The notes under the pieces are model-generated. The model had not been told where the DNA came from, searched no databases, and worked only from the letters and a program-made list of their open reading frames with translations. The translations under genes and the position numbers were made by a program. From contig CBDDCX010000008.1 of NCBI GenBank assembly GCA_965226375.1, positions 352,001-416,000 of the forward strand: a stretch of DNA of 64,000 bases. Direction: 5' to 3'. Below are positions 18,248-28,531 of this stretch, piece after piece; within the stretch, counting starts at the first letter, position 1, and every line of letters starts with the position of its first letter. This DNA is from Longimicrobiales bacterium (GTDB lineage Bacteria; Gemmatimonadota; Gemmatimonadetes; Longimicrobiales; Gaopeijiaceae).

Positions 18248-18397
18248 GGTTCGGCGGCGGTCTCGGATGTTGTTCAGCGATCAATCTCCGCCGTTCCCGG
18301 TGGCCCGGGCACGGCCTAGGTGGTGTGACTGCGGTCGGGGAGCCGGCACCCGTGATGGATCCCGACCCCCCGGCTTACAGCGTCAGTCGGTCCGGTC

Positions 18398-18844
18398 TCA
18401 GTCGGCCGTCGCAAGCGCCGGAGCGCCATCATGTTGAGCCAGCCAAGCATAGGTCAGCCCGAGGATCCCTCCGTACACCAGGTGGCCGATCAGGCTGGGC
18501 ATCATAGCGGCCGCGGCAGCGCCGTTCCAGTTGACTCCCAGGCCCATCCCCATCATGAGTGGCATCAGAGTCAGAGGACCCAGCACCCACCAAGCCGCGC
18601 CGTAGGCGAGGCCCGTCGTCAGCCCGCTTGCGATGCTGCGGACCAGCCCGCCAAAGACCAGGGCGAAGCCCACCCCGATGATGACACTGTTGACCATGTG
18701 CACCGCGAATCCCGCGAACGCTGAGGGCTGCCCCACCATTTGTCCGATCATGGGAAGCATCCCCATCACCCCCATCATCCCTCCGAAGATCAAACCTCCG
18801 GCGACGCCGCCGAAGACGCCCCATTTCAGTCCTCTCGTGTTCAT
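18398..18844 (-). CDS. Small Met/Gly-rich integral membrane protein
   Basis: 148-aa ORF, AAGGAG RBS, about four TM helices with intramembrane His (AVHMVNS, IGHLVYG). Confidence 0.8.
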   Translation of the reverse strand: MNTRGLKWGVFGGVAGGLIFGGMMGVMGMLPMIGQMVGQPSAFAGFAVHMVNSVIIGVGFALVFGGLVRSIASGLTTGLAYGAAWWVLGPLTLMPLMMGMGLGVNWNGAAAAAMMPSLIGHLVYGGILGLTYAWLAQHDGAPALATAD

Positions 18845-19036
18845 CTATGTGTCTCCTTTTTAGGTCGTTCTGACCGTTCTTCGTATTGGTTGTGCGGTGG
18901 AAATCGGTAGAACCTGCCTGGGGTTCCCTGGGAACACAGATCGTCCGGCATGGATCTTGTACTTACTGACGTCAGAGCGCCGAATGTCGGTGGGGCGTCT
19001 GAAATACATAATGGATGATGAGTGGAGGGGAAAACC

Positions 19037-19483
19037 ATGAAAAACATGACGAAATGGCTGGCTCTGTTAACCCTGGCTCTATCTGGGGGCTTCTTGAACC
19101 CCCTTGCGATGAGAGCTCAGGAGGTGGTGGAGGCGGATCCCGAGGTCGTGCAGACCGAGGACGAGAAGACGAACCAGATCCGGGTGCGGATCAAAAACCA
19201 CAACATGCGGGAGTTGCGCGTCTATGTCGTAGCGGGTCCCATCGGGTCTCCTCTGACGTCGCGGATCTCACTCGGGACGGTCTACGCACAGGGCGATAAA
19301 CTCTTCAAGCTCCGGGATTCGGTGGTCGCGAACGGCGGCGGACAGTTCCGCATCCTCGTTCGGCCTGTGGGGTCGTACCAGTTCCTCGCGTCGGAGCACA
19401 TCGTCATAGGGAAGGGCGGGACGGTAGAGTGGACGCTCGTCCGGCCCTTACAGAGCGGCGGCTACATCTCCATCACGGAGTAG
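19037..19483 (+). CDS. Hypothetical secreted protein
   Basis: GGAGG RBS, signal peptide ending MRA-QE, beta-rich body. Confidence 0.7.
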   Translation: MKNMTKWLALLTLALSGGFLNPLAMRAQEVVEADPEVVQTEDEKTNQIRVRIKNHNMRELRVYVVAGPIGSPLTSRISLGTVYAQGDKLFKLRDSVVANGGGQFRILVRPVGSYQFLASEHIVIGKGGTVEWTLVRPLQSGGYISITE

Positions 19484-19625
19484 ACTGACCTTGACATCTG
19501 GGACTCCGTCCGGCCTCGAGGGGCTCGGGCGGGGTCCCGGATGGCTTGCTCGCTACGGGTGGCGGGCCCGTCGATCGCCGGATTCCCGCTTGTGGGCCGA
19601 AGAGCGGAGGCCACATCTTCAATCC

Positions 19626-21026
19626 ATGTGGTCCTCGCACTTTCTCCCGTCGCTTCGCCCGCTCCTACGAGCGGCCGGGCCCGTGGTGTTCCTCGCGGCG
19701 GCCGAGCTATTGCTACAAGCGCCGCGGATCGAGGCGCAGCAGCTCCGTTATGACCGCGAGTATCCGACGCTCGAGTACTACACTCGTGCGTCCGCGGACC
19801 CGGTCGCAGAACTACAGCGCTCCATGGCCCGAGGTGACGCGGCACTAACCTTCGAGAGCGGAGGCGGCTACCTGGCGTCTCTGCTGGAATCCCTCGGGGT
19901 CCCTGTGGAGTCGCAGATGCTCGTCTTTTCCAAGACGAGCTTCCAGGAGCGTTTCGTCTCGCCGGAGACACCCCGAGCCCTCTACTTTTCGGATGACGTT
20001 TACGTGGCGTGGCTGAAGGGCAGTGACTTTCTCGAGATAGGGGCCATGGACCCTTACCTCGGACCCGTGTTCTACACGCTGAGCCAGGCCCCGAGCGCCA
20101 CCCCCGAGTTCAGGCGGGAATACGGCCTCTGCCTTCAGTGCCACGATACCTACGGGCTTTCCGGGGGTGGAGTGCCGCGTTTCCTCATCGGCTCAGGCGC
20201 TACGAACGAGCTGGGGCGAACCGCCTCACACAACGCATGGCAGCTGACTACGGACCAGACTCCGATCGACCAACGTTGGGGTGGCTGGTACGTGACGGGC
20301 ACCCACGGTAGGCAGACCCACATGGGTAACGTCGTATTGGACGTAGCGGTGGGGGGCGCGGAGTCGCCTAACCCGGCCGCATCGACTCGCGGTAACCTGA
20401 CGGACCTTTCCGCCCTCCTGGATACGGCGCCCTACCTAACCGGTCATAGCGATATTGTCGCGCTCATGGTGGCCGAGCATCAGATCCACGTCCACAACGT
20501 GATGACCCGGGCCAGTTGGGAGGTTCGGAACGCCGACGAGTCGGATCGAGCCGCCGTTGGGTCAGCCGCCGTTGGGTCAGCCGCCGTTGGGTCAGCCGCC
20601 GTTGAGTCAGCCGCCGTTGAGTCAGCCGACATCGTGCAGCTTGCGGAGCCGCTCGTCCGGGCCTTGCTGTTCGTTGGAGAGGCCACGCTGAGTGGTTCGG
20701 TCCAGGGGACATCCGGCTTTCGCAGGGACTTCGAGAGCCGGGGGGTCCGCGACGGGCTGGGTCGCTCGCTCCGTGATCTGGACCTGAGCAGACGGCTGTT
20801 CCGGTACCCGCTCAGCTACCTGTTTCATTCGGACGCATACGGCGCCCTCCCGGGATCACTCAAGGAGCAGGTCTTCCTACGTATCCGAGAGGTGGCCTCT
20901 GGTGAGGATGAGGGTGGCGAGTTCGGCCACATTTCGGCCGTGGACCGCGTGGCGATCCTCGAGATTCTCGGTTCGACTCATGACGAGTTCGCCCGCTGGT
21001 TGTCTGCAGGCGGTGGTGGCCGCTAG
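19626..21026 (+). CDS. Secreted single-CxxCH (putative c-type haem) protein of unknown function
   Basis: Long ORF with SQMLVFSKTSFQ, PRALYF, CLQCH, RWGGWYVTG, SDIVALMVAEHQ, RLFRYPLSY; start uncertain. Confidence 0.75.
   Translation: MWSSHFLPSLRPLLRAAGPVVFLAAAELLLQAPRIEAQQLRYDREYPTLEYYTRASADPVAELQRSMARGDAALTFESGGGYLASLLESLGVPVESQMLVFSKTSFQERFVSPETPRALYFSDDVYVAWLKGSDFLEIGAMDPYLGPVFYTLSQAPSATPEFRREYGLCLQCHDTYGLSGGGVPRFLIGSGATNELGRTASHNAWQLTTDQTPIDQRWGGWYVTGTHGRQTHMGNVVLDVAVGGAESPNPAASTRGNLTDLSALLDTAPYLTGHSDIVALMVAEHQIHVHNVMTRASWEVRNADESDRAAVGSAAVGSAAVGSAAVESAAVESADIVQLAEPLVRALLFVGEATLSGSVQGTSGFRRDFESRGVRDGLGRSLRDLDLSRRLFRYPLSYLFHSDAYGALPGSLKEQVFLRIREVASGEDEGGEFGHISAVDRVAILEILGSTHDEFARWLSAGGGGR
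20550..20624 (+). repeat. In-frame 15-bp tandem repeat x5 (AAVGS x3, AAVES x2)
   Basis: gccgccgttgggtca x3 then gccgccgttgagtca x2. Confidence 0.95.
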
Positions 21027-21178
21027 ATCCCACGGTCGAGAGGCTTAGCGGCTGCAGCCGCCCGGCAGGGCGGGTCCAGCCATCTGCCGGGAGCCTCCCT
21101 CCCATGGCCGGCTGGCGTGAAGCGGCCCGGGATCGCACAATTCCCGCTCGTTTCGACGCACCACCCATGGAGGACTCC

Positions 21179-21982
21179 ATGCAGTCTCGTGTTCTAGTCG
21201 GCGCTTCGACCCTGCTCCTCTTCGCAGGCGCGCTCTCGGCGCAAAGGGGACCCGACACGGTCTTCCTGGAAGAGCTCACCTGGACCGAGGTCCGCGCGCG
21301 GATCGACGCGGGCACGACGACGATCATCGTGCCGACCGCGGGCACCGAGCAGAACGGTCCGCACATGGTGCTTGGCAAGCACAAGTTCATCGTCAACTAC
21401 GCGTCGAACCTCATTGCCCGCGAGCTCGGTAACGCGCTGGTGGCTCCCGTTGTCACCTATGTGCCCGAGGGATCGGTGGAGCGGATTGCCGAGCACCCGC
21501 GGTACAATGGGACGATCACGCTTCCCAACGAGTACTACATGAGGCTCCTGGAGTATGCGGCCCGGAGTCTGGCCATGGGTGGATTCACAGACATCGTCTT
21601 CATTGGCGACAGCGGTGGGAACCAAGGCGGGATGCGCGATGTGGCCGCCATGCTGAACGAGGAATGGGCCAGCGAGCGAGCCCGCGTCCACTTTGTGGGC
21701 GACTACTACGGGGCCTCCAGCCAGATCAACGACTGGCTCCTGGCGGAATACGGGCACACTGTAGAGACGATCGGTGGGCATGCGGGCATCCGCGACACAT
21801 CGCAGCTGCTCTACGTAGCCCCCCAGCACATTCGGACCGACCGGCTCGCGCCCTTGGGCGGAGGCGAGGGGATGGGTGTGTCCGGAGATCCCACCCTGGC
21901 CTCTTCCGAGAAGGGACGCCAAGGGGTCCAGATGAAGGTCGATGCCGCCCTGAGGCAAATCCGTGAACTCGTGGGCCGATAG
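21179..21982 (+). CDS. Creatininase family protein, secreted, divergent active site
   Basis: LEELTWTEV, GTEQNGPH, GTITLP, GDSGGN, GHAG, GVSGDPTLAS; GGAGG RBS. Confidence 0.85.
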   Translation: MQSRVLVGASTLLLFAGALSAQRGPDTVFLEELTWTEVRARIDAGTTTIIVPTAGTEQNGPHMVLGKHKFIVNYASNLIARELGNALVAPVVTYVPEGSVERIAEHPRYNGTITLPNEYYMRLLEYAARSLAMGGFTDIVFIGDSGGNQGGMRDVAAMLNEEWASERARVHFVGDYYGASSQINDWLLAEYGHTVETIGGHAGIRDTSQLLYVAPQHIRTDRLAPLGGGEGMGVSGDPTLASSEKGRQGVQMKVDAALRQIRELVGR

Positions 21983-22055
21983 GTGCCCGAGTGGATGGGC
22001 CGATGGGTGAACAACCTTGGGCGCATTTCCGTCCAATTAACCAGATGAGGTAGTT

Positions 22056-23441
22056 GTGAAAAACGACCACGACGTTCGGCCGTCGGCTGGCCCGAGGGGC
22101 GGAGTCCTCGCGCTGGCACTCCTGTTGGTGGGTCCACTGTTCTGGCACTCGTCGCTCTGTGCCCAGCAGTCCTCCGAGAAGCGGGGCAGTGACAACCTGA
22201 CAGTGGTCTCGCACCTGCCCCTCGGTGGAGCCGAGAGTATGACCGACATCGAGATCGAACAGGACATGTCGCGACCGTTCGTATATGTGGCCCGCCAGAT
22301 GCGACGGGAAGACCGACGCGCGCCGGGCACCCCCGGCGACCGCGGGTTGGACATTCTCGACATATCCGATCCCGCGAACCCCGAGGTGATCCACAGGTGG
22401 CGCATCGAGGATCCCGACCTCCACGTCGGTGCCGGCGGAAAGGATATCAAGACGTTCGAATGGGACGGGCGTCACTACATCGTCCTGTCCTTCCAGTTCG
22501 GCCAAGGGGGCCCCGACGCGGACCTGGGCGCCATCGTCTTCGACATCACGGGCTTACCCGATGTGTCGACGTTCCGGGAGGTCGCGAGGATCCAGGGGCC
22601 CGGAGAGCTCGCGGGCTTCCACAACGCCTACGTCTATCGCCACAGCAACGGTCGGCCGCTCCTGTTCGCCACGGTCGCGGCTCCGCACGCGAACGTCTAC
22701 GACCTGGGGTATCTGGTGGACGGCCGGGAAGACGCGCTCGTGGCCACTGTACCGGTGCCGCAGTCGGAAGTGGTCCCGGGCGGCCGTGGGTATCACGACT
22801 TCTACGTCGGTTATCATCCGGACAGCGAACAGGATCGCTTCTATGGCGGTGGGACGGGCGGATACTACGTGTACAACATCACCGACCTCGAGGCCCCCGA
22901 GCTGCTGGTCACCCTTACCGGCGTCCGGGGCGTCGACCGTGGGCACACGTTCACGCCGTCTCCCGACGGGCGCTACGTCGTGGCCGAGGTCGAATACCAG
23001 TACGCCCCGCTGCGGATTTTCGACCTCAAGCCGGGACTCGACGGCGAAGTCTCGAACATCAATCAGCCCATCGTCGCTTGGTTCGCCAACCCCCAGAACC
23101 TGGTCCATAACCACGAGGTCCGCTGGCCGCTCGTGTTCGTTTCGGCGTACCGAGACGGCCTGCAGGTCTTCAGTCTACAGGATCCGAAGAAGCCGCGGAC
23201 GGTGGCGCACTACGACACCTATCTGGAGCCAGAAGGAGCCGGGGTGACCACGGGTGGGTGGGGTGTAGACGTGCGAAACGCCGATGGCCTGATCGTTCTG
23301 TCCGATAAGGAGACCGGTTTCTGGGCCTTCCGCCTCGAAGGTTTCAACGGCTGGAACGGCTTGGACTATGGTATGCCGAATGTCTCGAGCGTACAGGATT
23401 GGGAGGACGGACCGGCGGTGCAGGCTCGCTCGCGAAGGTAG
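22056..23441 (+). CDS. LVIVD-repeat beta-propeller protein (paralogue 1)
   Basis: Signal peptide; repeated GLDILDISDP-type blades; GFHN, GYHD, GHT, VHNHEV. Confidence 0.85.
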   Translation: MKNDHDVRPSAGPRGGVLALALLLVGPLFWHSSLCAQQSSEKRGSDNLTVVSHLPLGGAESMTDIEIEQDMSRPFVYVARQMRREDRRAPGTPGDRGLDILDISDPANPEVIHRWRIEDPDLHVGAGGKDIKTFEWDGRHYIVLSFQFGQGGPDADLGAIVFDITGLPDVSTFREVARIQGPGELAGFHNAYVYRHSNGRPLLFATVAAPHANVYDLGYLVDGREDALVATVPVPQSEVVPGGRGYHDFYVGYHPDSEQDRFYGGGTGGYYVYNITDLEAPELLVTLTGVRGVDRGHTFTPSPDGRYVVAEVEYQYAPLRIFDLKPGLDGEVSNINQPIVAWFANPQNLVHNHEVRWPLVFVSAYRDGLQVFSLQDPKKPRTVAHYDTYLEPEGAGVTTGGWGVDVRNADGLIVLSDKETGFWAFRLEGFNGWNGLDYGMPNVSSVQDWEDGPAVQARSRR

Positions 23442-23465
23442 ATCAGCGGAGGGCTGCCGCTGGTA

Positions 23466-25472
23466 TCAAGCTTCGGCACTCCGGTGAGCCACTTCCACTC
23501 GGGCATCGTTGAAGCAGGCGGCCCCACCCACGACGTTCAAGTGGGTCGGGCAAAGCGCCGTGGAGGTCTTCCCGTTCATCGATGATTTTCTCCACGCACC
23601 TTTAGGCATCGACACCACACCCTCTCGGACACGCTCCTCGATCCGTGCTTCACAGACGACCTCACCCAGTTCGTTGAAGACGCGGACGACGTCGCCGTCG
23701 ACGATTCCCCGGACCTCGGCATCGGCCGGACTGATGGACACCGCCAGTACCGGATAGTTGAACTCGCCCAGCGTGCTCGAGATCATCTTGTTGCTCGCCG
23801 GGCTGATGAGCGCGAGCGGATAGGGCGTGTCGGAAACCGTTTCGTAGTGGTAGGGGTGGGGCCCGAGCTCCGACGGGCTGAGATGGATCTTCCCGTCGTG
23901 GGTTCGGGGCATGATCGTGCGGAGTTGGATCGCGCCGTCGGGAAAGTCGACGGTGTCCAGGCGCCCGGCAGATAGCGTCTCTACGTCGGCAGGATTGCCC
24001 TCCAGCCTGACTTCTTCGGCGACCTTCCGCAGGTGGGTCTCGCCGTCCCAGGTGAAGGGAGCGTCGTCGAATCCTCGGGCCCGCGCCAGCAGCGAAAACA
24101 CCTCGTCGTTGGGCTTCGCTTCCCCTACGCGGTCGATCACCGGGCGAATCCCGCCGACCACCAAGTTCCCGTAACCGACCCGCAGGTCGTGCTGCTCGAG
24201 AAATGTCGTCGCGGGCAACACGATATCCGCGTAACGGGCCGTGTCGGTCATGACCTGATCGAAGACCACGGTGAACAGATCCTCTCGAGCCAGCCCTCGA
24301 AGCACCGCGTTCTGGTCCGGCACGGTAACCGCCGGATTGCAGTTGTAGACGAACAGGCCCTTCACCGGCGGGGTCGGATCGCCGGTGAGCAACTCTCCAA
24401 GCTTTGTCATGTTGAGGAGACGAGTCTGCCATGCGACGTCTCCGTAGACGCGACCCGTGCTCAACTTGACGGCTCCGGTGTTGCTCATCGTGTATCCGCC
24501 GCCATAGACCCCGAACTTTCCCATGAGGGCGGGCATGGCCAGGATGGCCGCCACCGCCTGGCCACCGTTGCGATTCCGCTCCAGTCCCCACCCGCACCGA
24601 ATGACTGCGGGGCTCGCGTCCGCATAGGCGCGCGCCAGTGTTTCGATGTTTTCGGCGGGCACGCCGGTCTCGGCGGCAGCGGAGTCCAACGTCCAACGCT
24701 CGGCCTGTGCCAGCAGGGCCTCCATACCATCCGCGTGCTCGGCCAGGAACGGCTCGTCGAGCTCTCCTGCCTCATGCCACAGCCTGACCATCGCGAGGGC
24801 TAAGGGCAGGTCGGTCCCGGGAAGAACAGGTAGGTGCAGGTCTATCTCATTGCCGGAAAAGGGGTTCCATGGGTCGACGACTGCGATAAAGGCACCGTTG
24901 CGCTTCGCTTCGCGAAGGTGCGGCACCAGATGGATATTCGAGGCCTTGGGGTTCGCTCCCCAGATGATGATCGATCGGGCGTCCGGATACGCCTCGAAAG
25001 GTACGCCCGGCATCTTGCCGTACATCCCGAGTGCCACCTCGGTGGTAGGAACCGCGCAAATGGTCGGGTCTAGACGCGAAGCACCCAGCCGCGCGAAGTA
25101 GAGCCTGTCCAGGCCACCCTCGCTCAGGAGTCCGTTCGACCCACCATAGTGGTATGGGAGGATGGCCTCGGCGCCTCACTCGTCACTGATCAGCTCGAAT
25201 CGTTCGGTGATCTCGCCGATGGCTTCATCCCAGGAGATCGGCACATACTCCTCGGAGCCTTTGACGCCTGCGCGGCGCATGGGGTGGAGCAGCCTGTCGG
25301 GGTGATAGACCCGCTGCCCGAATCGGCGGACCTTGTCACAGATAAAGCCGTCGGTCAGGCCGTGGTCGGAGTTGCCGGAAATGCTCTGCAGCTTGCCGTC
25401 CTCTACGGTCACCTCGAGGGCACAGGTGTCCGGGCAGTCCATGATGCAGCTGGTGACCAGCGTCTCCGGCAT
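23466..25472 (-). pseudogene. Molybdopterin oxidoreductase (Fe-S + Mo-bisPGD) interrupted by in-frame TGA at codon 99
   Basis: CIMDCPDTC..FICDK N-terminus; ISDE-TGA(25176-25178)-GAEAILPYHYGG continues in the same frame into the 523-aa ORF (TICA, DTARYADIVLPATTFLE, C-terminal FNDARVEV). Confidence 0.8.
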
Positions 25473-25519
25473 CGGTGCGTCCCCGTGGTCCACAGGCTCG
25501 GTTGACGGGCTCACGACCT

Positions 25520-26671
25520 CTAAGCTTCCAGGATCTCGCCCAGTGCCGCGAGCAGGTAGTGTACGTTTCGCTCGCTCGCGCTGTAGCCCATCAGCCCGAT
25601 GCGCCATCCCTGGCCCTTCAGGGGTCCGAACCCTCCCGCGATCTCGATGCGGTAGTCCTGCAAGAGACGCGATCGGACCGTGGCGTCGTCCACACCATCG
25701 GGGATCAGAACGCAGTTGAGCATGGATAGACGGTTTGCCGGGTCGCCGAACAGCTCGATTCCGAGATCGGTGAGCCCCGCCTTCAGCATGTCTCCGCACT
25801 TGTCATGACGGGCCACGCGTGCCTTGAGTCCTTCCTCGACGATGATACGGAGGGCCTCGCGCATCGCACAGATCTGAGGGCCTGGGGCGGTGTGGTGGTA
25901 TCCGCGCTCGGCCGACCAGTACTTCTCATGTAGGAGGAGGTCCAGGTACCACGTGTCGACCAGCTTGCTACGGGACCTGATGACCCCCATCGCCCGCTCG
26001 TTCAACGTGATGCAGGAGATGCCCGCCGGACCTCCGATGCATTTTTGCCCGCCACTGTAGCAGATGTCGATGAGCAGGTCGTCCGCCGGGATATCGGCTC
26101 CACCCAGCGAGCAGACCGTATCCACCAGGAACAGCTTGTCGCGCTCACGCACGAGTTGTCCGATCTCGGCCAGTGGTTGCCCCACGCCCGACGACGTCTC
26201 GCCGTGGACCACGGCCACCATTTTGGCGCCTGAGTTGGAGTCCAGGGCCGCCCGGATCTGGTCCGGCTCGACCACCTGACCGAACTCGACCTCTACTCGG
26301 ATCGCAGTGCCCCCGTGGCGCTCGACGATCTCTGCCATCCGTTGGCCGAAGAACCCGTGGATGCCGACGATGACTACGTCACCCGGCTCGACGACGTTGC
26401 AGATAGCGGCTTCCATGCCGGCCATTCCCGACCCGGGAAGGGTGATGGTCGTCTCGTTCTCGGTCTGGAAGACGTGGCGCAGCAGGGCCATGGTATCGTC
26501 CATGATTGCTATGAACTCCGGGTCCAGATACCCGAGGATCGGGCTCGTCATGGCGTGGAACACCCGGGGATGGATGTTGCTGGGACCGGGACCGAGCAGG
26601 GTGCGAGGCTCGTGTTTGAGTTGTTCGAAGGTGCGGGTGTCGTTGCTCATGGCAGCCTGTGCGTGGGTCAT
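25520..26671 (-). CDS. Alanine/serine-glyoxylate aminotransferase family (class V)
   Basis: LLGPGPS, VHGETSSGV, LVDTVCSLGG, SGGQKC, YHHTAP, WRIGLMG; start could be 26650. Confidence 0.92.
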   Translation of the reverse strand: MTHAQAAMSNDTRTFEQLKHEPRTLLGPGPSNIHPRVFHAMTSPILGYLDPEFIAIMDDTMALLRHVFQTENETTITLPGSGMAGMEAAICNVVEPGDVVIVGIHGFFGQRMAEIVERHGGTAIRVEVEFGQVVEPDQIRAALDSNSGAKMVAVVHGETSSGVGQPLAEIGQLVRERDKLFLVDTVCSLGGADIPADDLLIDICYSGGQKCIGGPAGISCITLNERAMGVIRSRSKLVDTWYLDLLLHEKYWSAERGYHHTAPGPQICAMREALRIIVEEGLKARVARHDKCGDMLKAGLTDLGIELFGDPANRLSMLNCVLIPDGVDDATVRSRLLQDYRIEIAGGFGPLKGQGWRIGLMGYSASERNVHYLLAALGEILEA

Positions 26672-26732
26672 GTCCGTGATGTCTCCTCTAGTTCGTTCCA
26701 ATGCCTCATTGCTGGTGTGTTCTTGCGGGTTC

Positions 26733-27836
26733 TCATCGTTCTTCCCAATCCAGGATCACATCAAGCACCCCCCTCGCGAGGGATCCGGAATCTGTTCCCG
26801 ACCAGTTGCTGGCGAGGACCACTCCGATGCCGTCGTCAGGCAACAACAGGATGTAGCTCCTGAAACCTGTGTCGCCGCCGCCGTGAGAGACCGTGCGGTG
26901 ACGGCGGTGCTCACCGAGGAACCAGCTCAAACCTACCGAAGCCGAGTTGGGGATGGCCCCGGTGGATGGCGTCCAAAGGTTGTCGTAGCTGTCTGCTTGC
27001 AGGATACGCACCCCATCCAGCTCTCCACGGTTGAGGTTTGCCAACATCCAGCGGGTCATCTGCCGTACGCTCGAGTTGAGCGTGGAGCTCGGCGCGTGCC
27101 GGCGATTGTACGGATATACGTCGCTCACCGTGGCCGGGTTGCCCACGTGACCCGTGGTGCGAAGGGACTCGTCGATGTCGGGGTGGATAAAAGAGCTTCG
27201 GTCCATGGCCAGAGGTACCAGGATGTTCTGGCGTATGTATTCCTCGAAGCTCAGCCCGGAGATCTTGGCGATCACGTCGCCGAGGGTGTCGAAAGCCATG
27301 TTGCTGTACCGGAAGCCGTCTCCCGGTGCCCACAGCATGCTCTCGGAGCTGATCGATCGCACGTACCGCTCCGCCGCTCCGTCATCGTATTGTGGCCGGC
27401 GCCACTCGTAGTCCTCCACGTCGGGCATACCCGAGGTGTGGTTGAGCATCTGGCGGATGGTAATCTGCCGGTATGCGGGATCCGCGAGCTCGAAGTAGGG
27501 GAGGTACTCGGTAACGAGATCGTCGAGTCGGACCTGTCCGCGCTCGACCAGCTGCACGATCGCCGTGGCGACAAAGGGCTTGGACACGGAAGCGAAGTGA
27601 AACACGTGGTCCGGCGTGAGCGGCTCAGCTCCACCGAGTCGCCGCTCGCCGAAGGCACCTTCATAGACGACTTCGCCGGCTTGGACCACGGCGGCGGTGA
27701 GGCCGGGGATACCCATCGCATCCACTTGGGCCTCGAGGTAGGCATGGACGAGACCCTCGGTGGCCTGTGCCACCACGGCCGTCGGCGCCCACAAGGCGAA
27801 GGTGGATAGGAACGCCATGGTCCCTGGAGTCCTCAT
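26733..27836 (-). CDS. Serine hydrolase, beta-lactamase/penicillin-binding family, secreted
   Basis: ASVSK (SxxK), LNHTSG, FRYSN, HGG. Confidence 0.9.
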   Translation of the reverse strand: MRTPGTMAFLSTFALWAPTAVVAQATEGLVHAYLEAQVDAMGIPGLTAAVVQAGEVVYEGAFGERRLGGAEPLTPDHVFHFASVSKPFVATAIVQLVERGQVRLDDLVTEYLPYFELADPAYRQITIRQMLNHTSGMPDVEDYEWRRPQYDDGAAERYVRSISSESMLWAPGDGFRYSNMAFDTLGDVIAKISGLSFEEYIRQNILVPLAMDRSSFIHPDIDESLRTTGHVGNPATVSDVYPYNRRHAPSSTLNSSVRQMTRWMLANLNRGELDGVRILQADSYDNLWTPSTGAIPNSASVGLSWFLGEHRRHRTVSHGGGDTGFRSYILLLPDDGIGVVLASNWSGTDSGSLARGVLDVILDWEER

Positions 27837-28089
27837 GTATCCCCTCTTTCAGAAGATCTCGATGCCGCCCGCGTCAGCCGGTTCGACTCTGCGATCACCT
27901 CGCGAGCTCTGGCGGCATCTGGCGGTGGGCGGTCGAAGCGAAAGAAGAAAATGCGGGACGGGCGTCGGATCGGCCAGCAGGGACCGCTACCTGGACCTCC
28001 AGCGCCCGACCCTGTGTGGGGATCCTTGCCTCCGTTCCAACCATCTGCCCCCACGACCCATCTGATTGAACAGTCCGTTGTCGGGGTAG

Positions 28090-28112
28090 ACATAGTATGT
28101 TATACATAGTAT
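28090..28112. promoter_or_regulatory. AT-rich palindromic/direct-repeat site, candidate PadR operator
   Basis: ACATAGTAT occurs twice, forming overlapping palindromes ACATA-G-TATGT and TATGT-TAT-ACATA, upstream of padR in a GC-rich background. Confidence 0.5.
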
Positions 28113-28195
28113 CGACGAACTCGAACGCAACCGACCGAAGGCGTCCGGATTTGAACGGCGTGATGAGACCGTGAACGAGGTGGAGCGGAATCGAT

Positions 28196-28531
28196 ATGAG
28201 TCTTGATCGGGAATGGATTCGGGGGGCAGCCCCGCTGGCCGTACTCACCCTCCTCGACACCCGAGAGATGTATGGGTACGAGTTGGTCGAGGCGTTGGAG
28301 AGGGGCTCCGGCGGTCTGCTCGAGTTGGGGCAGTCTACGGTTTATCCACTTCTCTATAACCTGGAGGGGCGGGGCTACGTGAAGCCGGTCCGGCGTACGG
28401 CTCCGTCCGGTCGGAAGCGGAAGTACTACCGAATCACGGCCGCGGGGCGGTCTTGGTTGGCCGGCCAGCAGGAGCAGTGGGCTACCCTCACGGAGGCGCT
28501 CGGTCGGCTCGGTGTGGCTGGACCCGGGTGA
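28196..28531 (+). CDS. PadR family transcriptional regulator
   Basis: MYGYEL, STVYPLLYNLE, GRKRKYYRITAAG. Confidence 0.93.
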   Translation: MSLDREWIRGAAPLAVLTLLDTREMYGYELVEALERGSGGLLELGQSTVYPLLYNLEGRGYVKPVRRTAPSGRKRKYYRITAAGRSWLAGQQEQWATLTEALGRLGVAGPG

